This document shows positions 11,123-25,477 of a DNA stretch of 64,000 nucleotides, one piece after another. The position numbers and the translations under genes were made by a program. This stretch comes from Octopus bimaculoides. Taxonomy: Eukaryota. How positions within the stretch are numbered: the first letter of the stretch is position 1; every line of letters begins with the position of its first letter. Below the pieces are notes generated by a model. It saw only the letters and a list, made by a program, of their open reading frames with translations. It searched no databases and was not told where the DNA came from. The stretch covers positions 4,338,502 through 4,402,501 of the forward strand of contig NC_068990.1 in assembly GCF_001194135.2 (NCBI RefSeq), in the 5' to 3' direction.

Positions 11123-13629
11123 ACATTTAACGTCCATTGTCCATGCTGGCATGGGTTGGATGGTTTAACCAGGGCTGGTAAGCTGGAAGGCTGCACCAAA
11201 CTCCAGTCTGATTGTGCATGGTTTCTATGGCTGGATGCTCTTCCCAACACTGACCATTCTGAGAGTGCAACGGCTGCTTTTACATGCCACTGACATGGGT
11301 GTCATTTGCATGACACCAGTATTTGCTATGGCTTTTGTTTTACTTGGTTTAATGGGTCTTCTTCTCAAGTACAACATTATGCCAAGGGTCTCAGTTATTC
11401 AGCATTGCCTCTGTCAGGCCTGACACTTGAAAGGTGCTTTTCATGAGCCACTAGCATCAGCCACACACGTACAATTATGTGCTTTGACTGCAGCATTAGA
11501 GACATTTAGCTCTTATTTCTAGCAATGTCGGTGTTTTTAACACCCTCAGTCATATTTAATGACGATTATAGCTTTCTGTTTTAGTACACACACACACATG
11601 TGCATGCACTTGTGTGTTTGTGTGTGTGTGTATAAGCACACACCGAACATTACTAGTTAGAAAGAGATTATGATTCAAAAATTCGATTGTCTGCTTTCAT
11701 AAAAGCGTGTCTCTCTTTCCCAGTATGTCATCAAATGAGGCATTTACGTTATGGCTCTCCCACCCTCAACCTATTTCCTAACCAGTTCTTTCATGTGTTA
11801 TTTGGTCTTCCTCTGCCATAGGTAACTTCTTTTGTCAGCATACAATACTTTTCATGTAACTGGGGCGCCATCTCTATCACATTTCCACACAAGTGCAGCC
11901 ATCTGCCTTTTCAGTTTCTAAACATTTGCTATGTTAATTAATCTCTCAGTAATTAAGAAAAGAAAATGATTATTTGTGTAAGATTACTTCACCTGAGAGA
12001 GTCCTTTCAGAAAACCAAAACTAATTTGTAAACATGTGCAAAGTTACAGTCATATTTTACTACAACAACAGCAGCAACAGAAATATAACTTCTTGGAACA
12101 GTCATCAATATCACAGAGGCACAAAAGGAGATTGTAGAAGAACTTTGGCAAACAATATCAGTGTTAATTGCATCAGTAATTAATATTCCCACTACTTTCA
12201 GTCTTAGTAATGTTTGTATCTTCTGGCTGACTTTTATAGTTCGCAGCATGTTCAGTTGGAGATAAGTTTCCTAATGATATTAGTTTGAGCAAGAAATGTG
12301 AATTGTGGTCCAAAGTCCATTACAAATCCAGAGCAGTGAAATAATCAATGTCGACTGGTAATAAAAAATGGATTGTAGACTTAAAAATTTTTTAGAGCTT
12401 ACATTTTATTTTTTACTATACTTAAATTATCGTACTGATAAAATATAGTTTTCTGAATAAATGTTTGGATCAAAACAATATTATAAGCCAACTCAATAGT
12501 GCTCAACCCACAGTGCAGGATTTAGAACAAATAAAGCCCTGTGCTAGTTAAGTTATGAGACCCTTGATTTGAAACGTCAGGCATATATGCTCAGGAAATT
12601 CATCATTAAAATTTGGGGTTGGGGTTGGGGAGAAAGATGGGCCCCTACCACCCCACTACTGGTCAACAAGGCACTGTGCTGAAGCACACCTAAGCACAAT
12701 AGTAAATCTGGCACTGTCAACCCTATAGAATTAGAATCATAAAGCTGGGGCTTAACATGGCATATAATTGACTGGTCTCATCTGAATGGGACATTAGGCC
12801 ATCACGAGGTTGACTTCGAAGCTAATACTGGAACTCATTTATAGCTGAGTGGAGTGGAGGAATGTGAAATGAAGAGTTTTGCTCAAGAACACAATGCTTT
12901 GCTCAGTCAAAGAATTGAAACCACTATCTTATGATCATGAGTGTAACACCCTAACCTCTAGGCTATGTGCCTATACAACATGAAATATGTTCACAGTGAG
13001 CTGAATCACAGAACAATTTTGACTCCCCTTATTGGTTTATTGTGGTAACTATAGAGGAATTAGGATGATATAGTGTTTTGTTGGTTCCTATTAGTTGTAA
13101 TATGTTAGTGAGTAGAGACTAGATAATTAGTCAAATGTATTTTTTCAAAGCAATACCTACAAACACAGCAGCTGTGGTTGCTCTTCATATATAAGTGAGC
13201 AGATAAGATATACTTTGAGTTAAAATTCTATCAGTGTTAACTGTTTTTCATAATGCTTCTAAAGAAGACATAAGTTAAAGTGACTGGTTTTAACTAGCTG
13301 CATACATTACACATAAAAACATACCCCCCATGGATAATAATCCCCCAAAGACAATTACCTTTGAGGACAACAGATGATGATTTAAAACTTCTTAATATAC
13401 TGGAGAAGGGGGTAATTAACCAAGGGGGTAAGTGTCTTAGGGGGTAGTTGTTGTCAGGGAGAATTGTCCTTCGGGGAGTTGGGAGAATTGTCCTATGGGG
13501 GTGTAATTGTCCTAGTGGGATAACTGTCCTGATACAAAAAAGAGTACTATAAAAATTATAAACTAAAGATCATAAATACTATTGTGTTGCATATATAAAA
13601 ATTGTTTATGGTAATTATGAAACAAAGTG

Positions 13630-13990
13630 GTCCTATGATAAGAAGGTAAGAAGTTTGCTTTCCAACCACATGGTTCCAGTTTCAGTCCCACTGAACATAC
13701 CCTGGGTATGTGTAATCTACTATAGCTTTGAGTTGACCAAAGCCTCGTCAGCAGGAAGAAGCCCTTAGTGTGTGTGTGTGTGTATTGGCACCAGTGTTTG
13801 TCCCACACCCCTGCTTCATATCTGATGCTGGTGTGTTTACATATCTGTAACTGAAATAGTCCAAGAAAAGACCAATAAAATAGCTTAACAAAAATATGGT
13901 AAGTTCTGGGGTTGATTCATTTGACTAAAATTCTTCAAGGTCATGCCCCAGCATGGCTGTAGTCTAATGACTGGAACAAGTAAAAGATAA
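13630..13990 (+). mobile_element. tRNA-derived SINE family B with (TG)n and 3' tail
   Basis: CCAACCACATGGTTCCAGTTTCAGTCCCACTG...TTGACCAAAGCC. Reverse-oriented copies at ~21570-21660, 25480-25630, 43990-44140 and 63470-63640. Confidence 0.65.
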
Positions 13991-14230
13991 AAGATATGAT
14001 AAAAATGTCTAATAGATTCATCTTGTATTTGATTTTAATCATGTAAATTTTCACCGAAAGAAATTTCTACTTTTCACTTTTCAGACATTGCTAATATGCC
14101 ACCTGAAGATAAGCAGAGATGTTACCAATTGAAATTTTATGAAAATCAAGCAGATGAATCAAACTAATCATTAATTAGATGAAAATATTCTACAAGATGT
14201 TTTTTGGTTTTTTTTGCAACTGGAACTTAC

Positions 14231-14305
14231 CTTGCCCTCTCGTGTTAAACCCTTCTCATTATTTGCAGGAAAAAGCTTTAAAGTAACTGGTCCACTGAAT
14301 TTGGC
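14231..14305 (-). CDS. MPP7: MPP7-like exon, PDZ C-terminus and PDZ-SH3 linker
   Basis: tctttctcttttcag|GCCAAATTC...GAGGGCAAG|gtaagt. It is 75 nt, phase 0 to 0, and translates AKFSGPVTLKLFPANNEKGLTREGK, resembling vertebrate MPP7 AQSQGAITFKIIPG...KEGK as I recall it. Confidence 0.88.
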
Positions 14306-14434
14306 CTGAAAAGAGAAAGAAAGAATCACTTGTAATAGGACAGAACTGATTATTATTATGAAACAAACTTTTAATCTGTTTGCTTTTACAACGTTGCTGC
14401 TGTGCTGCAAATATTTAATATTAATTTCATTAAC

Positions 14435-14930
14435 AAGGTGGTGAGCTGGCAGAATTGTTAGCAGCATTTTGTCTATCTTTAGATTATGAGTTCAAATTCC
14501 ATGGAGGTCTACTTTGCCTTTCATCCTTTCAGGGTTGATAAAATAATTGCCAGTTGAGCATTGGAGTTGAAATAATTGACTTAACCCTGAAATTGCTGGC
14601 CTTGTACCAAAATTTGAAACCAATATTAGTTACATTAAAGTTTTGCAATAGTCTGTAACTAACTCCAACAATTAATAGGCTTCTTAAAGATTAATGAACA
14701 ATGTATTCAATGTTTTAGAATTTTCAAATGTGATGAATTGGTAAAATTGTTAGCACACCAGTGGCATTTTGTCTATCTTTGTGTTCTGAGTTTAAATTCT
14801 GCCAAGGTCAACCTTGCCTTTCGAAGATCAATAAAATAAGCATCAGTTGTGCACTGGGGTTGATGTAATTGACTTTTCCCCACTTTCCCAAAATTACTGG
14901 CCTTGTGCCAGAAATCTGAAACCAATATTG
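14435..14930 (+). mobile_element. Two family-A SINE copies just upstream of the 14231-14305 exon
   Basis: AGGTGGTGAGCTGGCAGAATTGTTAGC...GAGTTCAAATTCC...CTTTGCCTTTCATCCTTTC...GGCCTTGTACCAAAATTTGAAACC, repeated. Confidence 0.8.
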
Positions 14931-17900
14931 TAGAATTAAAAAAAAAAAAATCAAAAGATTATCAAATACATCTCTTGTTCCATGATATGTAATTTTATAT
15001 GTAATTTTATCAACAGATTTTGACATAGTAAATGCAAATATATGAATAATATAAATAAGAAGGTGACCAATCACAAGGATTTGACAAAAACTATACTCAA
15101 TAGTTAGGCTCTAACAAACATAAACTTTGAGCTTCTAAAAAATGTAAATATTAAACATGATTAAAACTATTTAAATGTCTGAAAGGATGTATTGTTAATA
15201 TGGATATGATTTTTATGAATGTTAGCCCCATCTTTAGAGAAAGAAAACATTTAAAAATTTGTATGATGTGTTGATTTGTGTCAAATCCTTCAATGCATGC
15301 CAGCATGGAATACAGATGATGATAATGATGATGATGATTAATATGTTTTGATTGATTAAACAGCTGATCATCATCATTGTCTGTCTCATTTACACAAGTC
15401 CCTTAATTTAGAAATAAAGATCATAACTCGTCCAGTACCTTGTATACATCCAGAAATAAGTCACCAGAAGACAAGTGGATATTAAACTGATCAAACTTTC
15501 ATGAAGTGGTAAATATCATAATATCACCCCACCTCATCCCACCTTTAAAAATGTGGGTTAATAGTGAAAAAAATAATTGTATTGAACCTCCAAATTATAA
15601 TAAGTGCAGAAATGCACATTATGGTGAAGATGTATAGATTGTGATATTGAAATCATGCAATAATCTAATAGTAGTGAAGAAACTCATGGCTACTGTGTTG
15701 TAAACAGATAAACCTGCTATATTCCTATGCATTCTAATTTGTATATATATAAAACACTTGTTGCATTTTACATGTTTAATAGAGAACATTACCTACATAT
15801 TCTACATAGTACTAAATACACTGTGGTAGCTCTAAAGCATGTCACCAACTTCATGTTTGCCAATATCTATATCATCTGTGGATCATAAGTGTCTTGTTTG
15901 AATAGTTAGCTTCTTAAAGAAGGTCCTGAATGGGTGGGTTGTGTGTTCAAACTTGTCATGGTATATTTGATCTAATCACTTTAAGAATGCTGAAGTAATA
16001 GTTGTTCTAGGTTTCCTTTGTTATATTTTTACCATGTTTCCCTCCCATTCTTTTTTAGCTGTATTTTAAAGAAGGTACTTGTTTCTACCTTTTGGGACCT
16101 AGATATATTGAGCTAAAAGCCAAGAAGGGAACTGACAGAAATTATTACCAAGAACTGGATACAAAAGTCTAAAAAGATACTGTCTTCAAACCAACTAATG
16201 GAATGTGTATCTACAGTCATTTTAGCTTGCTAGAAATAACATCCAAATCTTCTTTAAATCATATCCTATTATCTTAAAAAAGATAAATACACATCTCATG
16301 TCATGTATGAACAATAGATGGAATAGCCATAGATGAATCGTCCTTTGGTAATATTTCCAAAATATAATTCCAAACCATATTTCTACACTGATATTTCTCC
16401 ATAGCATCACATGTTATTGCAGTAAATTAACAGAAACACCAACTTTCAATTACTGGTTTGAAACATTCCTGTTAATTTTACATTGCTAAAATCTTTGGGT
16501 AAGACAACCATAAGTTCTTTCTTTCTTCTTCCCTAAACTTTTGATTTTATTGCCTACTTTATAAGAAACAATTACCTTCTGTCAAGGAAAAGACTAATAA
16601 ACCAATTGAGATTTCATAAATAAGAAGATAAGATCTCTGTTATATATTTATTACCTCAGAAATATATATAAGAGATTGATTATTATTTCTTTCTGTAGCT
16701 TCAATCCATAGAATATCTGAGAAATAATTAAGTCTTCTTTATATTTATCCTTTCAATCTAACATTCACAGTATAATTAGTGACTAAATGGAATTGCCTTA
16801 TAGCATTGACTTTCATTTTTTAAAAATTTATTTATTATTATAATCATCTTTTCAATTATTATCTCTTAGATACACTAATTTTATTTCATAATAGTGTGGA
16901 GCAATATCTCACTTTCATGAATTGTGTAGTTTCCATTTTAACAAGCAATGGTGAGAAATAATAGAAATACACTTATTAAAGTTGCCTGTAATATCTTCTT
17001 TTATAATTCTCCTTTCGTACTTAATTTATATGGCTCAATAATCCTTTCTACTATAGGCACAAGACCTGAAATTGGTGGACGGGGGGGGGGGGGTTAAGTC
17101 GATTACTTAATTTATCGACCCTAAAAGGATGAAAGGCAAAGATGGCTTTGGCAGAATTTGAACTCAGCACCCAGTGGCAGACAAAATACCCCTAAGCATT
17201 TTGTCTAGTATGTTAATGATTCTGCCAGCTCGCCGCCTTGATATGGCTCTAAATAATAACAGCAGGAGATATTTGTTCTGAAAGAACCAGAATGTTGTAC
17301 TAAAATGTCTATTAATATCATATCATGCTGTACATGTAACCATAATTAATGGTCATGTGGTGTAAATATATCAGGAATGTTGAGAGCAAGCAAGTTAAGT
17401 AAGTGGATGTACATGAAAGTTATTTTCAGTGGAGATTACTGACTTGTTCGTAAAGTAATATAAGTGAATGGTTAACATGGTTTAAAAGGTGCAGCATTCT
17501 GAAGTTGAAGGATTTCCATATTAAAAATTATATCTATATTAATAAACGTGAAATTATGTCTGGACCTTTTTGGAATCAGGATGATGCTGGGATTGAAAAT
17601 CTGCCCTTCATTTGGTTCTTGAACACCCAGCATTGGGATCTGATTTAAAAGCATTTGGGTTGCTATTTCTAGGAAATAAAGCGACTGTGAGAGGTTTCAG
17701 TGCCATAATACAAGAGTTCCTCTCGTAGCTTAAAGTTTTACAAAAGAATTTAGTGGTTCTTTTATCTTTTTCAGTCATCAGACTGTGGTCAAGCTGGGAC
17801 ACCATCTTGAATTTGAATTGAACAAATCAACACCAGTTCTTTCTTTTTTTATGCCTGCTACTTCTTTTTATTAGCCTCCTTTACCGAACTGCTAAGTTAT

Positions 17901-20900
17901 ATGAATGTAAACACACCAAAACCAGTTATCAAGCAGTGATGGGGGACAACCACAGACACAAAACCACAATATATATATATATATGTGTATATATACCTTC
18001 TATTCAAATTTTAAAAGAACTCTGAAAATTTGTGAACTTATAAGTTTTTCATTTAAACTGAACTTAAAATAACATATTGGTAGGATAGCAATAAATGCTT
18101 TATTATTATTGCTCTCTTGAATTCTAGGCTGCAGGCCCAATTATCCCTTTGCAGGAGCTAGCTTAAAAGTCTGCACGGAGTGTAGCTTTTTAAGCTACTA
18201 CAGTACAAACTATAAACATCAACTTTTAGAATAGGTACATGATATGCTTACACATTCTAAGAAGTAATTAAAAGGGTTGGTGACAGCAAGAGCATCCAGC
18301 TATAAACCACTACCTCAGAAAAAACCTCTAGCCCATGCCAGCATAGAAAAGTGGACATAAAATGTTGCTACTGTTGATGATAAGGATGTTCAGATGATGT
18401 AGTAACTACCCAAATGATAATTAATGAATAAATTTGACTAATAAATATGCATATATTATAGTTCTTTGTGGTACTATGTTACATAACAAAGTCTGAATTG
18501 AAGATCAGTTATTACATCCAATAGTTATATTAAATGTGCAATAGACTGATTTTATCATTATTTGATTATCATTGTTTATAATAAATTGAAATACTAGCAC
18601 TGAAAAACCTCAAATATTTAAACAATAGATGAGTATAATAAATGTTCTGATTATTGTACAGTGTTTCTTTTATAGCAGTTTGAAATAAATCTCTTTTGTT
18701 CCTGATTCTATGATATTAACCTCTCTTTTAGTTTTGTCCACAGATCAGAACTTTTATTTTAGAATTCTTTATCTTATACTTATTATTTATGTCTTTTGTC
18801 ATTTGATTTAGTTATGGTGTATTTTGGTGATGAATTATTACATTTAAACATAGAACCATCACAGTTAGTTACAGAATTTGAGCTTTACTTTTACTTATGT
18901 TGATGAGCAGAAAGAGATTTTTTTAGATTTTTATATATTATTTGTTTAATGTCTGATTTTCCATGATAGCATGGGTTAGGTGAATACCCATAACTAAGGT
19001 ATTGTTTTACAGCTCGATGGACACCTTTCTTGCCATTAACCCAAGCCTGTATTCAAATATGAGATTACTCTATATAATTTGACCACCGGTTGAATTAAAA
19101 ATCAACTGATATCAAATACTAGTACAAATATCGATATCTCTAGATTTTCAAAGATCTAAAGAGAGAAAAATCTGGATGTAGGTATGTTTTTCTGCAAACA
19201 AAACTGTCCAATATTATATAAATCTTTTAGAACTAAGTTTTGCAGCACAGAAGATTAGTAAATAATTCTGTCATTAATTATTCTCATAGAGTAAGATGGA
19301 GAGCTGGCAGAATCATTAGCATGTCAGGCAAAATGTTTAGTGGCATTTTGCTAGTCCCTATGTTCTGAGTTCAAATTCTACCAAGGTTCACTTTGCCTTT
19401 CATCCTTTCAGAGTCAATAAAATAAGTACCAGTTGAGTACCAGGGTCAATATAATTGACTTACCTGCTCTCCTAAAATTGCTGGCCTTGTGCCAAAATTT
19501 GAAACCCTTATTTATTCTCACAGAGTGGACTTGAATTTGTTCATTATTTCTTTTCAGCCATTTGGAAACCAGACAATGCTCACCAATAATACATGTGTGG
19601 AATATACCGTATTATATTCCTACATCATAAAATCTTCTTGATGACCTTAATTCTTGGTTAATTTGTTACTTGATCTAATTTTGAAATATTTGGACATTAA
19701 TGAACAAGTTATCTAAGATTCTACAATATTTGCACTGTTCTTCATAATATTTGCATCTCCTTTATTTATATCAATAGTTATTAAATATATATAATTATAA
19801 TGAAGTATCTCATTTCACGAATCAGTTAACACTTTATCATATTTCTAATTTCACTGTGGTTGCTATTTCTAGCAATTCAAGTGACTATATAATACAGGCA
19901 ACTTTTTGGGAAGCAGGCTACATGGAACACAGTTCATCATTAGGCAGGCTAACCTACTAAAAAGGTTGTAGGTATTCTTTTGTTAGTTGTGTCATTCAGA
20001 AAGTTCCACAGGCTGCAGATTGCCCATGATTGGTATAAAAGCTTTCCATTAAAGGTAGGCAGAGATCAATAGGCTGAGATAAGAATATATAGTCAAATGA
20101 TCTGAATCCTCCTTCTTCTTCTCCTCATCATCATTTAGTGTCCATTTTCCCCGCTGGCATGGGTTGAACAGTTTGACAAGAGTTGGCCAACCAGAGAGCT
20201 GCCCAGGCTCCAATTGTCTGTTTTGGCATGGTTTCTATGGCTGGATGCACTTCCTAATGCCAACCACTTTACAGAATATACTGGGTGCTTTTAAGATAGC
20301 ACCAACATGGCACCGGTATGGATGCTTTAATCTTATATGTGATTAAAACTTATTTTACAATCACTTGATGAATTTATACCAAACTAGACACTACAGCACA
20401 GCTATCATCTATCATCAAATTCACTAGTTTTTGTTAAATTATTATTTTGACATAAATTTTTGACTTCCTTCTTTCTTAGAATATACATATAAAATAAATA
20501 TTGCTAGTAATATAACCATGAATATTGTCAATATTTTTATAAGCATAAACATAAAAAAACCATGTTTATTTAATTTTGATTTTATTTATGGCTAAGCAGA
20601 AGAAGGATGGGCTTTTTTCAGGGCTTTCTGGATTGGTAGGAAGAAGTTACTGTCAGATTGGATATTTAGCATTGCAATGGATTCTGTAAAAGGAATCCAA
20701 GAATGAGGGGTGGAGGTGAGGGGTGGTGGGATACTAAACCCGTCATAAAATTATTTCTAATTAAATGAAGAAATTCAAATGTATTGTGACCTCCTTGATA
20801 ATAGATTCAAAACTGTATCAATCTGGTTAAGTGCAATACTTAAGTATCTGAGAAAAATACTTTGAAATTCTGATGATTTTGATTGTAACCTCATCAATTA

Positions 20901-21718
20901 GATTAGTAAATTACTGTAGGTCATTGCAAGTGAAAAGATCATATACAGAGAGGTTCAGAAATAATATCTAATTAAAATTAATGTGAAGAGAACAAAAGTC
21001 TGATTATATGTCACACAATAATAGAATTTCTTGAAATTAACCAAAGATATTATCTGTTTATTACTATAATATACATGTGTCTATGTGTGGGTGTTTGAAC
21101 TTTTGAACATTTGCAATTGTCTTAAACTCTAAATGCACATTTTTACCAACTTTTAAATTCTTAAATTCTGAGGGAGGTGAGTCTGGAATGTATTTGTTAT
21201 TCAAGGAATCTGAGCTATGAAGAGCTCTGCATCTTTCTTTTCTTAGACAATCCAAGAACAGAAGCTTCTTTGTAGTTGCTTCATTTGCTGAAATAACATC
21301 CAAATCTCTCTCAGATCACATTCTACTGTTCTTAAGAAATTAAGGGCTCACTGGATGATGATAGTGGTCTCTCATGTTGATTTTTCATAAATGAGCATCG
21401 AGTCATTTGATCAAATGAGTGACCTGCTCATTGAATTAGCAGAGTATTTGATAGACATATGTATTTCAATGATATTCTCTGGTAGAATTAGTGTCACACA
21501 AGTGTTATAAACTTGGACCTTTTGAAGTACAAATGCAGTCCATCTTAAGGGTTTCTACAATTTTTGTCAAGCCAAATTCACTCACAAGTTTTATGTCAAC
21601 CAAGGTTAAAATAAATGTACTTGCCCAAGATGCTACACAGTGAAATTGAACTCAAGCCTGTTTGATAGGGTTGACCTGGGGTTAAACACTAAAAACAACA
21701 TATCTACAGTAGCAAAGT

Positions 21719-21789
21719 TTTAATTCATATCATATCTAGTAGTCAAGTATTTTAATTCATATCATATCAAGTAGTCAAGTATTTTAATT
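21719..21789. repeat. 32-bp tandem duplication (x2.2)
   Basis: TTTAATTCATATCATATC(T/A)AGTAGTCAAGTAT twice plus a partial unit. Confidence 0.9.
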
Positions 21790-23378
21790 TAAAATCCAGT
21801 GTGTCTACTAATATTGAATTTATTTTCTATTTTATCAAACTATATATATATTTTTATACTAACATTAAATATATATATATATATTTTGTTTTATTAATAT
21901 ATTAAGATTGTTAATTTCCAGGCAAGTAAGTATTTTAGTTAATGCTAAAAGATATCATAAAAATAAAATGAAATAAAATTCAAAACAATTGATTAATTTA
22001 AAAATAATATCTTATCTTGTGAATCAAATAATATAAAAGAAGTCCATTATAAACACTGGATAAAAAATTTTTGCATTTGAAATGATTCTTTATTTTAAAA
22101 TGTTAGTTCAGGAAATAGCTGAAAATATTTCTATGTGGAAAGGAAATATAATATGAAAAATAAGTGATTGTCTTTGTAGTTAAAATTTAATTGAATATGC
22201 AAGCTATGAACTTAAATAGAAACCTTTTAAGCTGATGCATTTGCAATGTTCTATCTCATTTATTTGTTTATACACACATACATACATATATATACACACA
22301 CACACACATTTTCTTTTAATTTAGTTTCATGCAGAATGAAGTGTCAGTTTCATCATCATCATCATCATCATCGTTTAATGTCTGCTTTCCATGCTAGCAT
22401 GGGTTGGACGATTTGACTGAGGACTGGTGAAACCGGATGGCAACACCAGGCTCCAGTCTGATTTGGCAGAGTTTCTACAGCTGGATGCCCTTCCTAACGC
22501 CAACCACTCAGAGAGTGTAGTGTAGTCTCAAAATAGATTTTCAACTTTCTCTTATGAAATAGCTTCATTACAACTACAAAAGAAAAAAAAGCCTGAAATA
22601 CTTATTTAAAGACTGCTCCCTTAGTCTCACAGTTGAAGATTATTTAGGATGTAGTTAATATAAGAACTTTGACATGTATTAACTAAAATTTTTGTAAAAG
22701 AGTTATAAATTTTGAGTAAAGAATCAGTATTTTAATCAAATTTCTAAAAATCATACTCCAATCTTCGTATCTTTGTTCCAGTGGCTCTTGAAATTATCTT
22801 TTGGAATAAATATATTATGGATGATATTTATATTAACTTATCAGCAATTATGAGATAATTCTCAAACAGAATTACTTAATATGATATAATAATTACAAAT
22901 ATAAAATAGCGATATCGGAATTATTGAAGTTGATGATTTTTAAAGCTATTATTCACTGGTGCTGACATGAACATTAAATCATACAGAAACAAAATTTTCA
23001 CAACATAGAAACAAAATTCAGTAAAACTAAAAATGAATTATATAAACTAGAAAAATCCTTCGTTACATCACAGAAACTGATATTAAAATATTTATGAAAA
23101 GTGGGTTTTAGGCATGAAACAAGAATAACATTGTTTTGAAGAAGAGCTAGATATAATTGCAATTTGTTTCAGTACCTGAAAAATGTTGCACTAGATTTGA
23201 TATCAAAATGACTATTATGGAAGTGGGGGGGGGGGGGAATCAATGGTTTGTGGTATTTAAGAATGACAGATAATTCTGAGATAATATAACATATTACATT
23301 AATGTAGTTATTGACACCTGTACTTTTCCTTATATGCTAAGTGACATTTCTTAATTCAAACAAATATCAATATACGTA

Positions 23379-23414
<36 letters not shown>

Positions 23415-23816
23415 CACATGAACACGCTTTAAAAATTCCTTGGTGATGATATTACAAAGAAAACTTTGAGATCAAAGAATAGGAAATATTAAATTAGCAA
23501 ATAATTGTAAAAGAAATAAAACAAACTTTGACATACAGCATTGACTGGAAAACTAACAGAACATAAAAGAGAAATATACGAAACATGAATCAGGAGAATG
23601 TAGTCATCAAAGAAATGATAATCAATAATAGATTAGTGTATTAATTAAAGAGGAAAAGAGGCTTGGTAAGTAAATATTACAAAAAAGAAGAAAAGAATTA
23701 GATTAACATCCAGTACAGCCGGAAGAAAGAAGGGGAAAAAAAGATAAGATGTAAGACCCCCCCCCCCCACATACACACACATTTATATATATTAATACAT
23801 GTGATGATTGTATGTG

Positions 23817-23864
<48 letters not shown>

Positions 23865-24142
23865 GTGTGTACAGTAAGAAGTAAGACGTATGGGTTAGAG
23901 CTCCATGTAGATTAACATTATCCAGTCAACTTCCAGTACACTGGTTAGCTGACCACTGTACTTAGTAGTATTACTAGTTATCATATATAGAAGAAACTAA
24001 GATAACAGTTTGAATATTTAGTTACCAGAGAAATATTTTATTGCATTCTGTTACAGAAATCAAATATACATATATGTATGTATATAAGTATGTATATATA
24101 AGTATATATACATATGTAAGTACATATAAGTATATATTTATT

Positions 24143-24260
24143 ATTCTTATACAAGAATGTTGTTGAGTGACTTTGAAGTTTCAGTCAATTAAGCCATTGT
24201 CTGATTGCTTAACTGGCCAAAATTTCGAAGTCATTCTCAACAATATTCTTGTATAAGAAT
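24143..24260. repeat. 118-bp hairpin/palindrome
   Basis: ATTCTTATACAAGAATGTTGTTGAG-TGACTTTGAAG...TTAAGC, a ~12-nt loop, then GCTTAA...TTCGAAGTCATTCTCAACAATATTCTTGTATAAGAAT. Confidence 0.85.
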
Positions 24261-24347
24261 TATAAATTTAATCTCTACAAAGTATAAAGTAACCCATCAA
24301 ATTAAGATTTTTATTATAATTGAACATGACCACAAATACTAATATAA

Positions 24348-24427
<80 letters not shown>

Positions 24428-25337
24428 GTGCATATATATGTGTGTTTGTGTGCATGTACATACACACACACACAAACAATAAGTACATTTTGTGCTAATC
24501 TAACTTCCTTTCCAAAGTTAAGAATAAAAGAGTTCTTAATTAATACTATACCATCTCATTTTAGAACAGTTCAGAATCTGTAATATTCGTAAGATGGACT
24601 CCTGTATAGTGTCTCTCAACCTACACATGATAGCAATAAAATATTTTTTTACAAATCCTTAACATCGAAATGAGAACTAGCTACTCTAAAGTTTAAATCT
24701 GAAGACAATGATATAGTCACAATAAATATAAAGCGAACAAGCCTAGAGCACAAATTGACATGAATGAATCAAACAGAATAGCATTTATGCTCATGTAGAG
24801 ACTATTCAGAAACCTTATGGCATGAATTGTTCCAATAGAAAAATTACCAATCTGAAAGTAAGCACTTTTTAAAAATGGCTTTAATACATCTGCCAAGCTT
24901 GCATGTGTACTGTATTTTCAGGAATCCATTATCCATAAATAAAATCTTCTGACTCGTAGAAACTATATAAAGATTTAACAGCAGAGATATTTAAACTGTT
25001 TTTATAAAAATCTTTTTACCCTTCTTTTTCTTCTTTCTAGTTTTTGTTTATGTTTAAATTTATTTTATTGTGTAAGGGTTATTAAATACCTTTCTATGGT
25101 CTGCATGCTTTACGTGAATTTTGAAATTGAGTTGTCTTTTATCTTTTACTTGTTTCAGTCATTAGACTGCAGCCATGCAAGGGTACTACCTTGAAGAATG
25201 TTAGTTGAATCAAACAACCCCAGTACTTAATTTTTTTTAAAGTCTGGTACTTGTTCTATTTGTCTCTTTTAATGAACCACTAGGTTACGGGGCTGTAAAC
25301 ATATCAATACTGGTTGTCAAGCATTGATGAGGGACAA

Positions 25338-25477
<140 letters not shown>

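Noticed and set aside
12604-12625. (TTGGGG)-like telomere-looking tract
   Set aside because: Only about three units and not the TTAGGG repeat expected in molluscs.
14085-14167. Plus-strand acceptor followed by IANMPPEDKQRCYQLKFYENQADESN-stop
   Set aside because: No recognisable homology and no supported upstream exons. Strong-looking acceptors are frequent in AT-rich introns.
21064-21303. 79-aa minus-strand ORF of protein-like composition
   Set aside because: A stop lies just upstream, there is no good acceptor, it has no MAGUK similarity, and it lies within the PDZ-splitting intron.
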